Shown: positions 8,656 through 16,961 of the stretch, one piece after another
How positions within the stretch are numbered: position 1 is the first letter of the stretch
Layout of the letters: each line of letters begins with the position of its first letter
From: a virus
Lineage: Duplodnaviria; Heunggongvirae; Uroviricota; Caudoviricetes
Direction: 5' to 3' (one strand)
DNA: 64,000 bases
Virus record (IMG/VR): IMGVR_UViG_3300031555_007715
The notes under the pieces: model-generated
The model's input: only the letters and a program-made list of their open reading frames with translations
Databases searched by the model: none
Told to the model about the DNA's origin: nothing
Position numbers and translations under genes: made by a program

Positions 8656-8727
8656 AGTACGTAACGGGAATCGAACCCGCATCCTCTGCTTGGAAGGCAG
8701 ATGTCTTAGCCATTAGACTATACATAC
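8656..8727 (-). tRNA. tRNA-Gly (TCC)
   Basis: Cloverleaf, loop CT-TCC-AA. Confidence 0.92.
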
Positions 8728-8735
8728 ATATTTAA

Positions 8736-8808
8736 TCACCCATAGGAGACTCGAACTCCCGTTTCCGCCTTGAAGGGGCGACGTCCTAGACCACTAGACC
8801 AATGGGCG
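8736..8808 (-). tRNA. tRNA-Glu (TTC), C33 variant
   Basis: Cloverleaf, loop CC-TTC-AA. Confidence 0.88.
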
Positions 8809-8837
8809 TTTTTATTTAATGAAAAATATTTTTTCAA

Positions 8838-8910
8838 TCACCCATGGGAGATTCGAACTCCTGTTTCCACCTTGAGAGGGTGGCGTCCTAAGCCACTAGA
8901 CCAATGGGCG
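8838..8910 (-). tRNA. tRNA-Glu (CTC)
   Basis: Cloverleaf, loop CT-CTC-AA. Confidence 0.92.
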
Positions 8911-8941
8911 TTTTTATTTAGTAGAAAATATTTAGTTTTAA

Positions 8942-9014
8942 TCACCCATAGGAGACTCGAACTCCCGTTTCCGCCTTGAAGGGGCGACGTCCTAGACCAC
9001 TAGACCAATGGGCG
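8942..9014 (-). tRNA. tRNA-Glu (TTC), C33 variant
   Basis: Identical to 8736-8808. Confidence 0.88.
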
Positions 9015-9026
9015 TTTTTTATTAAA

Positions 9027-9098
9027 AGTCGATAACCCGATTCGAACGGGTACATCGTGGAGTTGCAGTCCACAGCCTTACCATTTGGCTATATCGAC
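9027..9098 (-). tRNA. tRNA-Cys (GCA)
   Basis: Cloverleaf, loop CT-GCA-AC, U73. Confidence 0.92.
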
Positions 9099-9219
9099 AT
9101 ATGATTAAGCACCATTAACTTAATCCGAAATACATTAACTTTCTTATTAAACAAGGTGGCGAAAGTTGTATTTTTTAAAGAAAGAATGACCTTGTTATTC
9201 ATTATCTTTTGGTTTTCAA

Positions 9220-9304
9220 CTGGGACGATGGGATTCGAACCCATGCCTGTTTTCAGGTGTTGCTGGAGTCAAGGTCCAGTGCCTTACCGCTTGGCTACAT
9301 CCCA
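9220..9304 (-). tRNA. tRNA-Gln (TTG), C33, with long variable arm (85 nt)
   Basis: U1-A72, G73, loop CC-TTG-AC, 18-nt variable region CAACACCTGAAAACAGGC. Confidence 0.85.
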
Positions 9305-9330
9305 ATATTTTTATAAACTTTGTTTATAAG

Positions 9331-9401
9331 CTGGAGTAGAAAGATTCGAACTTTCAATCACGGAGTCAGAGTCCGCTGCCTTGCCGTTTGGCTATACTCC
9401 A
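9331..9401 (-). tRNA. tRNA-Gln (CTG)
   Basis: Cloverleaf, loop CT-CTG-AC, U1-A72, G73. Confidence 0.92.
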
Positions 9402-9412
9402 ATATTAAATAT

Positions 9413-9469
9413 AAAAAAACCGTAGTATTTACGATTTCCATTCCTCGTAAAAACCACGGCCTTATAATA
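9413..9469 (-). terminator. Terminator-like hairpin directly upstream of the tRNA array
   Basis: CCGT..TTTACGA/TCGTAAA..ACGG stem followed by a T run on the minus strand. Confidence 0.55.
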
Positions 9470-9495
9470 TTCTACATTTACTTTAAATTATATAT

Positions 9496-9630
9496 CTAAT
9501 CTAATAGTACATGGATATGTGAAGCTGTGTTTTTTGCATGAGGAACAGAGGTTCCGCCGATAAACATTTCTTGTTCGCAAAACCCTTGAATACAAATCTG
9601 TTCAATTGAAAACATGATTGTGCTTCTCAT
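9496..9630 (-). CDS. 44-aa small protein or leader peptide (MRSTIMFSIEQICIQGFCEQEMFIGGTSVPH...)
   Basis: AAGGAG RBS and dedicated promoter upstream; manually translated. Confidence 0.5.
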   Translation of the reverse strand: MRSTIMFSIEQICIQGFCEQEMFIGGTSVPHAKNTASHIHVLLD

Positions 9631-9687
9631 ATCGATGCACTCCTTTCTTTTTAGTATAGTTTTTTGTTTGTTTCTTATCTTGTCTCT

Positions 9688-9716
9688 ATAATAACATATA
9701 AAAAGATTTTTGTCAA
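9688..9716 (-). promoter_or_regulatory. sigmaA promoter for small ORF and tRNA operon
   Basis: TTGACA-17-TATTAT with TG extension. Confidence 0.75.
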
Positions 9717-9820
9717 CTACTTTTTTAAAAAAAATATTTTTTTTATTTCCTATTGTTTTTTTGAAGCATTTCTGTTATAATGATGTAGTAAAACTTTGAT
9801 TAAAAGAAGGGAAATAAAAT

Positions 9821-10303
9821 ATGAAAGAATTTAAATTTGATAACGTGTCTATTATATATAAAGATAAAGATGTTGGTATTGGTAAAAGGAAATTAACTCA
9901 AATTATATTAGTAACACTTTTATTTTCTTGTTTATACCTTTTAATTATGTATTTGACTTTTAAATTTCATTTTACAATAATGTTTTTATTATTAGGGGCA
10001 ACTTGGTTTCACAAAGAAATATTAAGGAAAATACTTGAACAATATGAAAATGTAACACCATATAGCAAATTAGTATATGACATTTTACATATGGAAAATT
10101 TACAGAATGTTAATGACAAAGGTATAATAAAGCTTATTGTAAATAATAATGAACAATCTGTTGATTTTAATGAATTTTTCAAAGATTTTAATGATATGCA
10201 GATAATAAAAGATGTTCCATTGGGCAAAGATTGTTTTGTTATTATTAGTTGTGTTGAAGAAAAATTAAAAATTTATATCAGCAATATAAAAAAATCTAAT
10301 TAA
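9821..10303 (+). CDS. Membrane protein
   Basis: 160 aa with N-terminal hydrophobic hairpin. Confidence 0.7.
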   Translation: MKEFKFDNVSIIYKDKDVGIGKRKLTQIILVTLLFSCLYLLIMYLTFKFHFTIMFLLLGATWFHKEILRKILEQYENVTPYSKLVYDILHMENLQNVNDKGIIKLIVNNNEQSVDFNEFFKDFNDMQIIKDVPLGKDCFVIISCVEEKLKIYISNIKKSN

Positions 10304-10322
10304 AATACGAAAGGAATATAAC

Positions 10323-11321
10323 ATGAATATTTGGTTTAATCATTGGTTTAGTACCGCTTATTATTTTATTGAAACAGCAAAATCTTTAGGTAACAAAGTT
10401 TTTGCAACAAACGAGCGTGATTCTTGTATATATAAGATGAACGCTGATATTTTTGAAATCGAACCTGTTTTAGATAAAGAACAGTATGTTCAATGGGCGC
10501 TCGATTTTTGCAGGAAAAATGATATTGATGTATTTTTTTGCAAGCGAAATATGAAAGTTATATCTGAAAATATTAATCTGTTTAAAGAAATAGGTGTTCA
10601 TGTTTTTGTTGAAAAGTATGAGAATATTCTACAATTCGAAAGTAAAATTAATACATATAATTTTTTCTTAGGAAAAGATATTTGTGATGTTCCTGAAATG
10701 TTTGTTGTTAATGATGCAGATAATTTTATTAAATATTATTTATACTTGAAAGAAAAATATGGAGGGGTTTGTTCCAAACTTGATGTTGATGAGGGCGGGC
10801 AGAGTTTCAAACGAATTGTAACAAAAGAAAAATCTTTTGATTTAGTTAAAAATTATCAAGGTTTTAGTATACATGAAGACGACATATTAAATTTAGTAAA
10901 GCAAAAGGAAACCTTTGATGATATGTTATTGATGCCATATTTAGCGGGAACTGAATATAGTATTGATTGTCTTAATACTAATAGAGGTTTAGTTGCTGTT
11001 CCTCGCTTTAAATTTGGAGGAAGAATAACAAGAATTGAAAATAATAAGGAATTAATTGAAATTGCTAATAAGTTTCAAAAAGAGGCGGAATTAACTTCTG
11101 GATATAATATTCAGTTAAGAGCTGATGAAAATGGAAACCTATTTTTATTAGAAGTTAACACGAGATTATCTGGTGGAACATGGAAAGATAGACTGGTAGG
11201 TGTTGATTTTATAAAATTAGCACTAGAAGTAATCAATAAAGAAGATATTGATATAGATAAATATTTATCGTTTGCAAATATAGATATTTGTAAGTTAGAA
11301 AATGGATTAGTTATATTATAA
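10323..11321 (+). CDS. ATP-grasp domain protein
   Basis: EYSIDCL, YNIQLR and LLEVNTRLSGG motifs. Confidence 0.8.
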   Translation: MNIWFNHWFSTAYYFIETAKSLGNKVFATNERDSCIYKMNADIFEIEPVLDKEQYVQWALDFCRKNDIDVFFCKRNMKVISENINLFKEIGVHVFVEKYENILQFESKINTYNFFLGKDICDVPEMFVVNDADNFIKYYLYLKEKYGGVCSKLDVDEGGQSFKRIVTKEKSFDLVKNYQGFSIHEDDILNLVKQKETFDDMLLMPYLAGTEYSIDCLNTNRGLVAVPRFKFGGRITRIENNKELIEIANKFQKEAELTSGYNIQLRADENGNLFLLEVNTRLSGGTWKDRLVGVDFIKLALEVINKEDIDIDKYLSFANIDICKLENGLVIL

Positions 11322-11367
11322 TAAACGAAGACGCAGTCTCTATTGAGGCAGCGTCTTCTTTGTTTCC

Positions 11368-11805
11368 TTACTTATAAAATCCATTACATCTGATTGCTAC
11401 ATTACCATCTGCAAATGTCATCATATAAATGATAGCACCCTTAAACTGGGCATTTTCAAGGTTATATAATAACTCTCCTATTCTTTCCCAATGTTCGTCG
11501 ATAAACTTTGTGTCTGCGATTAAATGGGATAGTGTTCGCAAATCATAATTAGGAGTTATTCTATCATCAGAAAAACTATTAGGAATAAAGTCCTTAATGT
11601 ACGAAATCCAATCATATACCTCATTTTCTTCACCTTTGTAAAGGATATCGTTCATGACGCTTTCATTATCACGGACAATTTCTCTTACAAGTTCAATCCA
11701 TTGTTCTCTGATAATCATTCCAATGAGTTGCTGAAATGACAGTAGCCTTTCAGGTGGAGTAGAACTCGTTGCCTCCATTATAACACCGTTCTTAAAAACT
11801 AACAT
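11368..11805 (-). CDS. Hypothetical protein
   Basis: 145-aa ORF, last of a three-gene operon. Confidence 0.65.
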   Translation of the reverse strand: MLVFKNGVIMEATSSTPPERLLSFQQLIGMIIREQWIELVREIVRDNESVMNDILYKGEENEVYDWISYIKDFIPNSFSDDRITPNYDLRTLSHLIADTKFIDEHWERIGELLYNLENAQFKGAIIYMMTFADGNVAIRCNGFYK

Positions 11806-11807
11806 TT

Positions 11808-12236
11808 TTACTCATCTCCCTTCAATGCTTCAAACTGGGCAATCATAGAACGAACTAAGCTATCATCCATAAAAACCTTCTTTTTATTAAGAATATTTTC
11901 AAGAAGAGAACCATCAAAAAATGATTTAGCCCAGTTTTCTGTTGCCACAAAAAAAGCGCCAGTAGGATATAAGCACACATCGTCTTTCTCCTGAATCGGT
12001 AGCATATTTTCTTGTGGAGCGGTTTCTGTAACTCCGACAACATGGATACCTTTTTCAAACATTTCTTTGCATGCGTCACAAGGTTCATAATTAAGAACAA
12101 CATGCATAGGTGCCTCTGCATCTCCTTTTAATCTACCCAAGAGAGCAACTTCGTTTTTTTGCTGACCGCACCAAAAACAAACAGGGATGGTAGGATTTAA
12201 TCCGTGCTTTGGACTTAATTTGATACTGTTTCCCAT
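11808..12236 (-). CDS. Hypothetical protein, putative Zn-binding
   Basis: CFWC ... CDAC pairs; GGAGG RBS. Confidence 0.7.
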   Translation of the reverse strand: MGNSIKLSPKHGLNPTIPVCFWCGQQKNEVALLGRLKGDAEAPMHVVLNYEPCDACKEMFEKGIHVVGVTETAPQENMLPIQEKDDVCLYPTGAFFVATENWAKSFFDGSLLENILNKKKVFMDDSLVRSMIAQFEALKGDE

Positions 12237-12247
12237 AGTATACCTCC

Positions 12248-12910
12248 TTAATCAAAATCGACAGGGTTATCAATACGTTCAGTTCTTTTTTTGTCAATTG
12301 CTTCAAGGGCAATAGTATTCAATTCTTTTTGAACAAATGCCTCTATCTCACATTTTGCCTCGGTGATAGTTTTATCCATCTGTTCATTGAACTGTTTGTA
12401 TACGAATTCCTGATTACTAAAGATTCTTCCATATAAAACTTCTAATTCTTTGATAAGGTCTTCTCTATCAGTTTTACCGATAGTTTTCTTATCATTAAAT
12501 AGTTGCTTCATACGTTTTTGGAACTCTTTAAAGTTCTTTTTTCCTTCTTCCTGACACGATGCAAATTCTTTTTCAAATTCCTGCTTCTTGCTTGTGTAAG
12601 GACATCCTTCGATTATGCCAGGGACATCAATACGGGACCTAATAGTAACAGGTACTCCTGAACCGAAGTTCAAAGATGTAATAGCTTCTGCAAATTGGCT
12701 TTGAGACATCTCTACTTCGATGATAGTTCTTCCACAAGGAAAAACTTCATCTCGATGAAACTCTCGAACTAATTCCGCCTCACTGATTCTCAGCAATATG
12801 GTATCTCTATGCTTAATAGATGAACCAAACAGCGGGATAGCACTTCCTGACTGGGCCCGTGAAAACCTTAATGTGCCATACGACGGGTGACTTTCTCTGT
12901 TTTCCAACAT
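12248..12910 (-). CDS. Phage/MGE-type hypothetical protein
   Basis: 220 aa, AAGGAGG RBS, coiled-coil C-terminus. Confidence 0.7.
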   Translation of the reverse strand: MLENRESHPSYGTLRFSRAQSGSAIPLFGSSIKHRDTILLRISEAELVREFHRDEVFPCGRTIIEVEMSQSQFAEAITSLNFGSGVPVTIRSRIDVPGIIEGCPYTSKKQEFEKEFASCQEEGKKNFKEFQKRMKQLFNDKKTIGKTDREDLIKELEVLYGRIFSNQEFVYKQFNEQMDKTITEAKCEIEAFVQKELNTIALEAIDKKRTERIDNPVDFD

Positions 12911-12918
12911 ACTAACTA

Positions 12919-12969
12919 CCTCCTTCGTGAGTAATTAAAATATATAACTTAACATTATAATTATATCAT
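12919..12969 (-). promoter_or_regulatory. Conserved promoter/operator plus extended SD, copy 1
   Basis: 28-bp block 12942-12969 identical to 28238-28265; TCACGAAGGAGG SD shared. Confidence 0.7.
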
Positions 12970-13059
12970 AAGGGATAAAATATAAATAATAATTATTTTT
13001 GTTGATTTTTTATTTGTTTTATGATACAATTCTATAAAAAACAGAAAGAGAGTGATTTT

Positions 13060-13323
13060 ATGAAAGATTTAATGGATATTTATAGAAAAATGATTAGTGA
13101 GGGAATTATTACGAATGACATGTTGGAAGTTCTATCAGAAATTGATGGTATGGGTTCTGCTACTTCTATAACATGGATAATAAACACATGTAAGGATATT
13201 CTTAAAAAAATAGATAGGGGAGAAGATGTTTACTATAATGATGAAAAATTAGATAGAATATCATTGTCTAATATCTTGCGGGAATATTTATCTGATTATG
13301 TTGTGAGTAAAATATATAATTAG
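13060..13323 (+). CDS. Small hypothetical protein
   Basis: ORF 13021-13323; likely start 13060. Confidence 0.6.
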   Translation: MKDLMDIYRKMISEGIITNDMLEVLSEIDGMGSATSITWIINTCKDILKKIDRGEDVYYNDEKLDRISLSNILREYLSDYVVSKIYN

Positions 13324-13378
13324 CATAAATTATATACATAACAAAAGCACTTGTGTAGTTACACAAGTGCTTTTTATT

Positions 13379-14242
13379 TTAGCTTTTTAATGCTTTTTGA
13401 CAGAGACTAATTGCCGCTTCTTTTGTGTTTGCTGCACACATAAATAATGAAGAATGACAGAAGACTGCGTCTTTAATACCGCACTCTTTTTCCAATTCAT
13501 CATTTCGGAGACCAGCCCAATTATAAGGAAAATCCTTTTTGGCAACTGGCGACTTGTATTCCGCAGGAACAACCTGCGCGTTCCAACCGCCTCTTGATGA
13601 TGGATATACTACATATATTGCGGATGTTTCAATTAATGTTTCTTTCCACGGAAGGCTTTTCTCTAATACAATGATTTCTTTGTCATCAGATTCATCAAAT
13701 GTCTTTTTTACATATTTTGATGCTTCAACGTTGGCTTCTTCTTTTTTTATTACTCTCTTTAAAATTGCAATAGCAACTTCTACTGCGGAGTTAAATCTTT
13801 TATCATTTTCGCTTTCATATACTTCTAAATCAGAAATATTTTCTTTTTCTAACCATGTAAAGTTAAAAGAAGCAACAATGTCTGAATACGAATTTGAATA
13901 ACCAAAGTTATCAGATTCATCAAGGGGCTGAATAAATTTTTCATCAATGTTATAAATCACCGCTGGACTACTAACAATAAGATGTGAAAATTCTCTCCAG
14001 AGAAGCCCAAATGAAGCATATTTTTTGCCATTATCTCTGTATTCTGCATCAAACTGATGATGGTCAAATTTTCCCCCACCAATATCAAAGATAAGACAAT
14101 CACTGTTGATGTTACAAATATCGTTTTTTCTAATGATATTGATATCTGGGTTAATTAGTTTTAATAAAGCCGCGGAGAAAACATCGTCGGCATGAAATGT
14201 ACCTGCATGAGTACATGCTAATTTATAATTAAACTTTGTCAT
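13379..14242 (-). CDS. MYG1 (UPF0160) family exonuclease
   Basis: THAGTFHADDV, DIGGGKFDHHQ, ASFGLLW and FCHSSLF motifs. Confidence 0.9.
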   Translation of the reverse strand: MTKFNYKLACTHAGTFHADDVFSAALLKLINPDINIIRKNDICNINSDCLIFDIGGGKFDHHQFDAEYRDNGKKYASFGLLWREFSHLIVSSPAVIYNIDEKFIQPLDESDNFGYSNSYSDIVASFNFTWLEKENISDLEVYESENDKRFNSAVEVAIAILKRVIKKEEANVEASKYVKKTFDESDDKEIIVLEKSLPWKETLIETSAIYVVYPSSRGGWNAQVVPAEYKSPVAKKDFPYNWAGLRNDELEKECGIKDAVFCHSSLFMCAANTKEAAISLCQKALKS

Positions 14243-14308
14243 AGTATTTATTCTCCTCTCTTATGTGATACTTATATTATACCACATAATAAGGTATTTG
14301 TCTATGTC

Positions 14309-15061
14309 TTATTTTGATAAATCTTCAAAAACTTTTTTCATATCATCATGAATAACAATATCCGCCCATTCTTCATTAGGAACAATACCTTTATTTATAA
14401 TAAATAAGTTATCACCATAAAAGTATTGAATAAGACTGGCAGCGGGATACACTTGCAAAGAACATCCTGCAATAATTAAAGTTTTTGCTTTTTGCAACTC
14501 GGTAATTGCCTTATCCATATTAAGAATTTGTTCTTCATATAAAACAATTTCGGGTTTGATGATGGTGCCACAATCAGGGCAAACAGGAAAGTCATTTTCT
14601 CCGTAAAAGATATTATCTAAATCATTATATTCTTTTAGACAGTTTTTGTTTGCACATCTGTTTTTCATAGATGTTCCATGTAATTCTATCACATTTTTAC
14701 TTCCTGCTTTTTGGTGTAAGTTATCAATATTCTGAGTAATGATACTATTTAATAGTCCTTGATTTTCCCACTCGGCAAGAGTTTTATGAATGATATTAGG
14801 TTCATAAGGAAGGCTATTCATTTTTTTTCTGTAAAATTCATAGAACACTTTTGGTTTTTTATAAAAAAAGCTGTGGCTTAGGATGGTTTCAGGTGGCCAT
14901 CTAAACTCATTTTTTTCGTTATATAGGCCATCTTCACTTCGGAAATCTTTCATTCCACTTGCTGTTGATACACCTGCACCGCCAAAAAATACGATATTTC
15001 CTTCACTTATGACTTCTTTCATTTTTTTTATTTGTTCATCATAAGTTAAATTATCTTTCAT
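14309..15061 (-). CDS. Sir2/CobB-like NAD-dependent deacylase
   Basis: GAGVSTASG..DFR, ITQNIDNLH, HG, Cys Zn ribbon, KPEIVLYEE, GCSL.VYPAA. Confidence 0.93.
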   Translation of the reverse strand: MKDNLTYDEQIKKMKEVISEGNIVFFGGAGVSTASGMKDFRSEDGLYNEKNEFRWPPETILSHSFFYKKPKVFYEFYRKKMNSLPYEPNIIHKTLAEWENQGLLNSIITQNIDNLHQKAGSKNVIELHGTSMKNRCANKNCLKEYNDLDNIFYGENDFPVCPDCGTIIKPEIVLYEEQILNMDKAITELQKAKTLIIAGCSLQVYPAASLIQYFYGDNLFIINKGIVPNEEWADIVIHDDMKKVFEDLSK

Positions 15062-15119
15062 AGAGTATCTCCTTTCTATTAACAAAAAGTGTAGGTGAAT
15101 TATTTCACCTACACCAAGG

Positions 15120-16802
15120 TTAATCATTAGCAATTATTTTGCTTTTTTTTATCTTTTTTTTCATTTTATACATTCTTTTATCTGCGAGTTTATATATATC
15201 GTTTGGAGTACTTTCATAATTTTCCTCACCATATGCAACTCCGTAAGAAACGCTAACTTTTATATCATCATTATCGACAGAATTTAATCGTCCAATAAAG
15301 TTATTCATTTCTTCAAGTTTTTGTTTTGCAATATCTTTAGGTTCTTGAAGAATTACTAAAAACTCATCTCCACCAAATCTAACAATTTTGTTATTACTAA
15401 ATGTTGTTTTTAATATATTTGCAAAACGTTTTATTAACTCATCACCTTTATCATGGCCTAACTTATCATTTGTATCTTTAAGATTATTTAAGTCCATACT
15501 AATCATTGTATAGTCACCTTTTAATTTAGCAATGTATTTTTCATACCAATTTCGATTATTTAATCCAGTAAGGGCATCGGTGTAAGCCATTTCTTTTAGT
15601 ACTTCACTTTTTGAATTTTCCATAAATATATTTTTTATATATTTATAATAGTTTGCAATAATTGCAATCAATAATATTGAAACACCTACTAGTGTTGCGT
15701 TTTTAAAATAAAACTCAATAAATTTATAACCACTAAATGAAAAGTTGAGGTTAAATATTTCACAACATATTGAAATTGCCATTATTGAAAAACAAATAAA
15801 GAAAAACTTGTTAGCAATAAGTTTCTTTTTTAACACTCTTATTATTGAAATTATTAGTATTGCAGCCAAAACAACAATGCTTACATGGAAGTATAATAAT
15901 GTTTGTTTAAAATGAATAATATTAAAAAATTGCAATAAAGTTGTGGCTATTAAAAATGTAACGAAAAAACCATATAAAGCGGACAATATTTTTGTTTTAA
16001 ACACTTTTTCATGTGTTTTAGTGCTTTTTACATTTAATATGTAACCAATAATTGATATTGGACAAGAGTATAAAGCGATATACTCAATATATTTCATGTA
16101 AATATCAGCATCATCTATAATCAAAAGTATTCCATCATGTGTAATAAGCCATAATCCAATACCTAAAATATATAAAACAATATAAAACATTTGAGTATCA
16201 TAATATTTTTTATTAGATGAAAATGCTATTATTAAGAATACACATAATGATAATGAAATTAAAAAGCAACCTGCAATAATAGATAGTAAATTGTCTTTTA
16301 CAAAGTAAGATACAAGCGTATTTTCATTAGCTATCTTTATATCATTTATTTTAGACATGGCATGGCTTTCCCCGATTATTTCTCTTATATATATTTCTTT
16401 ATTTGCAATGTCTTCTCCGAGAGGAATTCTTCTTATTCCATCTACAATTAAAATATCATTTTTTATATTATCTAAACCATATTCATACTTAAGAACTCCA
16501 TCAATAAACACCTCTACACTACAATATTTTAAGTCTATTTCAAGGGTATTATCATAATAATTAATATTGGGTATTGTATTTTTTAATTCAACAACGTCTC
16601 CCTTTTTTAATTTATCAAATTTTGTTGATGTGTTAAAATTGGAAGAAACTAATTCTCCATTAAGATAAAAATCCCAGTTATCGTTTAAGTAAGTAACATT
16701 GTGAGGGCGTGTTCTATGTAAATCTGAAAATAAATACAATATGAAAAATATAAATAAAAATGGAACAATATAGTTTATTATATTTTTTATTTTAACATTC
16801 AA
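15120..16802 (-). CDS. Membrane-bound diguanylate cyclase (GGDEF)
   Basis: Extracellular N-terminal domain, multiple TM helices, DALTGLNNR and intact RFGGDEF. Confidence 0.9.
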   Translation of the reverse strand: MNVKIKNIINYIVPFLFIFFILYLFSDLHRTRPHNVTYLNDNWDFYLNGELVSSNFNTSTKFDKLKKGDVVELKNTIPNINYYDNTLEIDLKYCSVEVFIDGVLKYEYGLDNIKNDILIVDGIRRIPLGEDIANKEIYIREIIGESHAMSKINDIKIANENTLVSYFVKDNLLSIIAGCFLISLSLCVFLIIAFSSNKKYYDTQMFYIVLYILGIGLWLITHDGILLIIDDADIYMKYIEYIALYSCPISIIGYILNVKSTKTHEKVFKTKILSALYGFFVTFLIATTLLQFFNIIHFKQTLLYFHVSIVVLAAILIISIIRVLKKKLIANKFFFICFSIMAISICCEIFNLNFSFSGYKFIEFYFKNATLVGVSILLIAIIANYYKYIKNIFMENSKSEVLKEMAYTDALTGLNNRNWYEKYIAKLKGDYTMISMDLNNLKDTNDKLGHDKGDELIKRFANILKTTFSNNKIVRFGGDEFLVILQEPKDIAKQKLEEMNNFIGRLNSVDNDDIKVSVSYGVAYGEENYESTPNDIYKLADKRMYKMKKKIKKSKIIAND

Positions 16803-16961
16803 TATTTTATTCTCCTTTCCTATTGCAAATTTTTACTTTGCAATCGAAATAAAACACAAATTATACATTTTCAGTATATAACAAAATGCAAAATTATTCA
16901 ATAGCAAAATAGAAAATTTCTTATAAAAATGTTAACTTAGTTATATGCTTAAATTGATAAA

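Noticed and set aside
8770-8979. 69-aa plus-strand ORF with internal repeat
   Set aside because: Antisense shadow of the tRNA-Glu genes.
8418-9014. Regularly spaced repeats suggesting a CRISPR array
   Set aside because: The repeats are whole tRNA genes with similar spacers; there are no unique spacers and no cas genes.
9100-9220. Theta/HDV-like ribozyme 3' of tRNA-Gln
   Set aside because: The P3/L3 and P1.1 elements cannot be formed.
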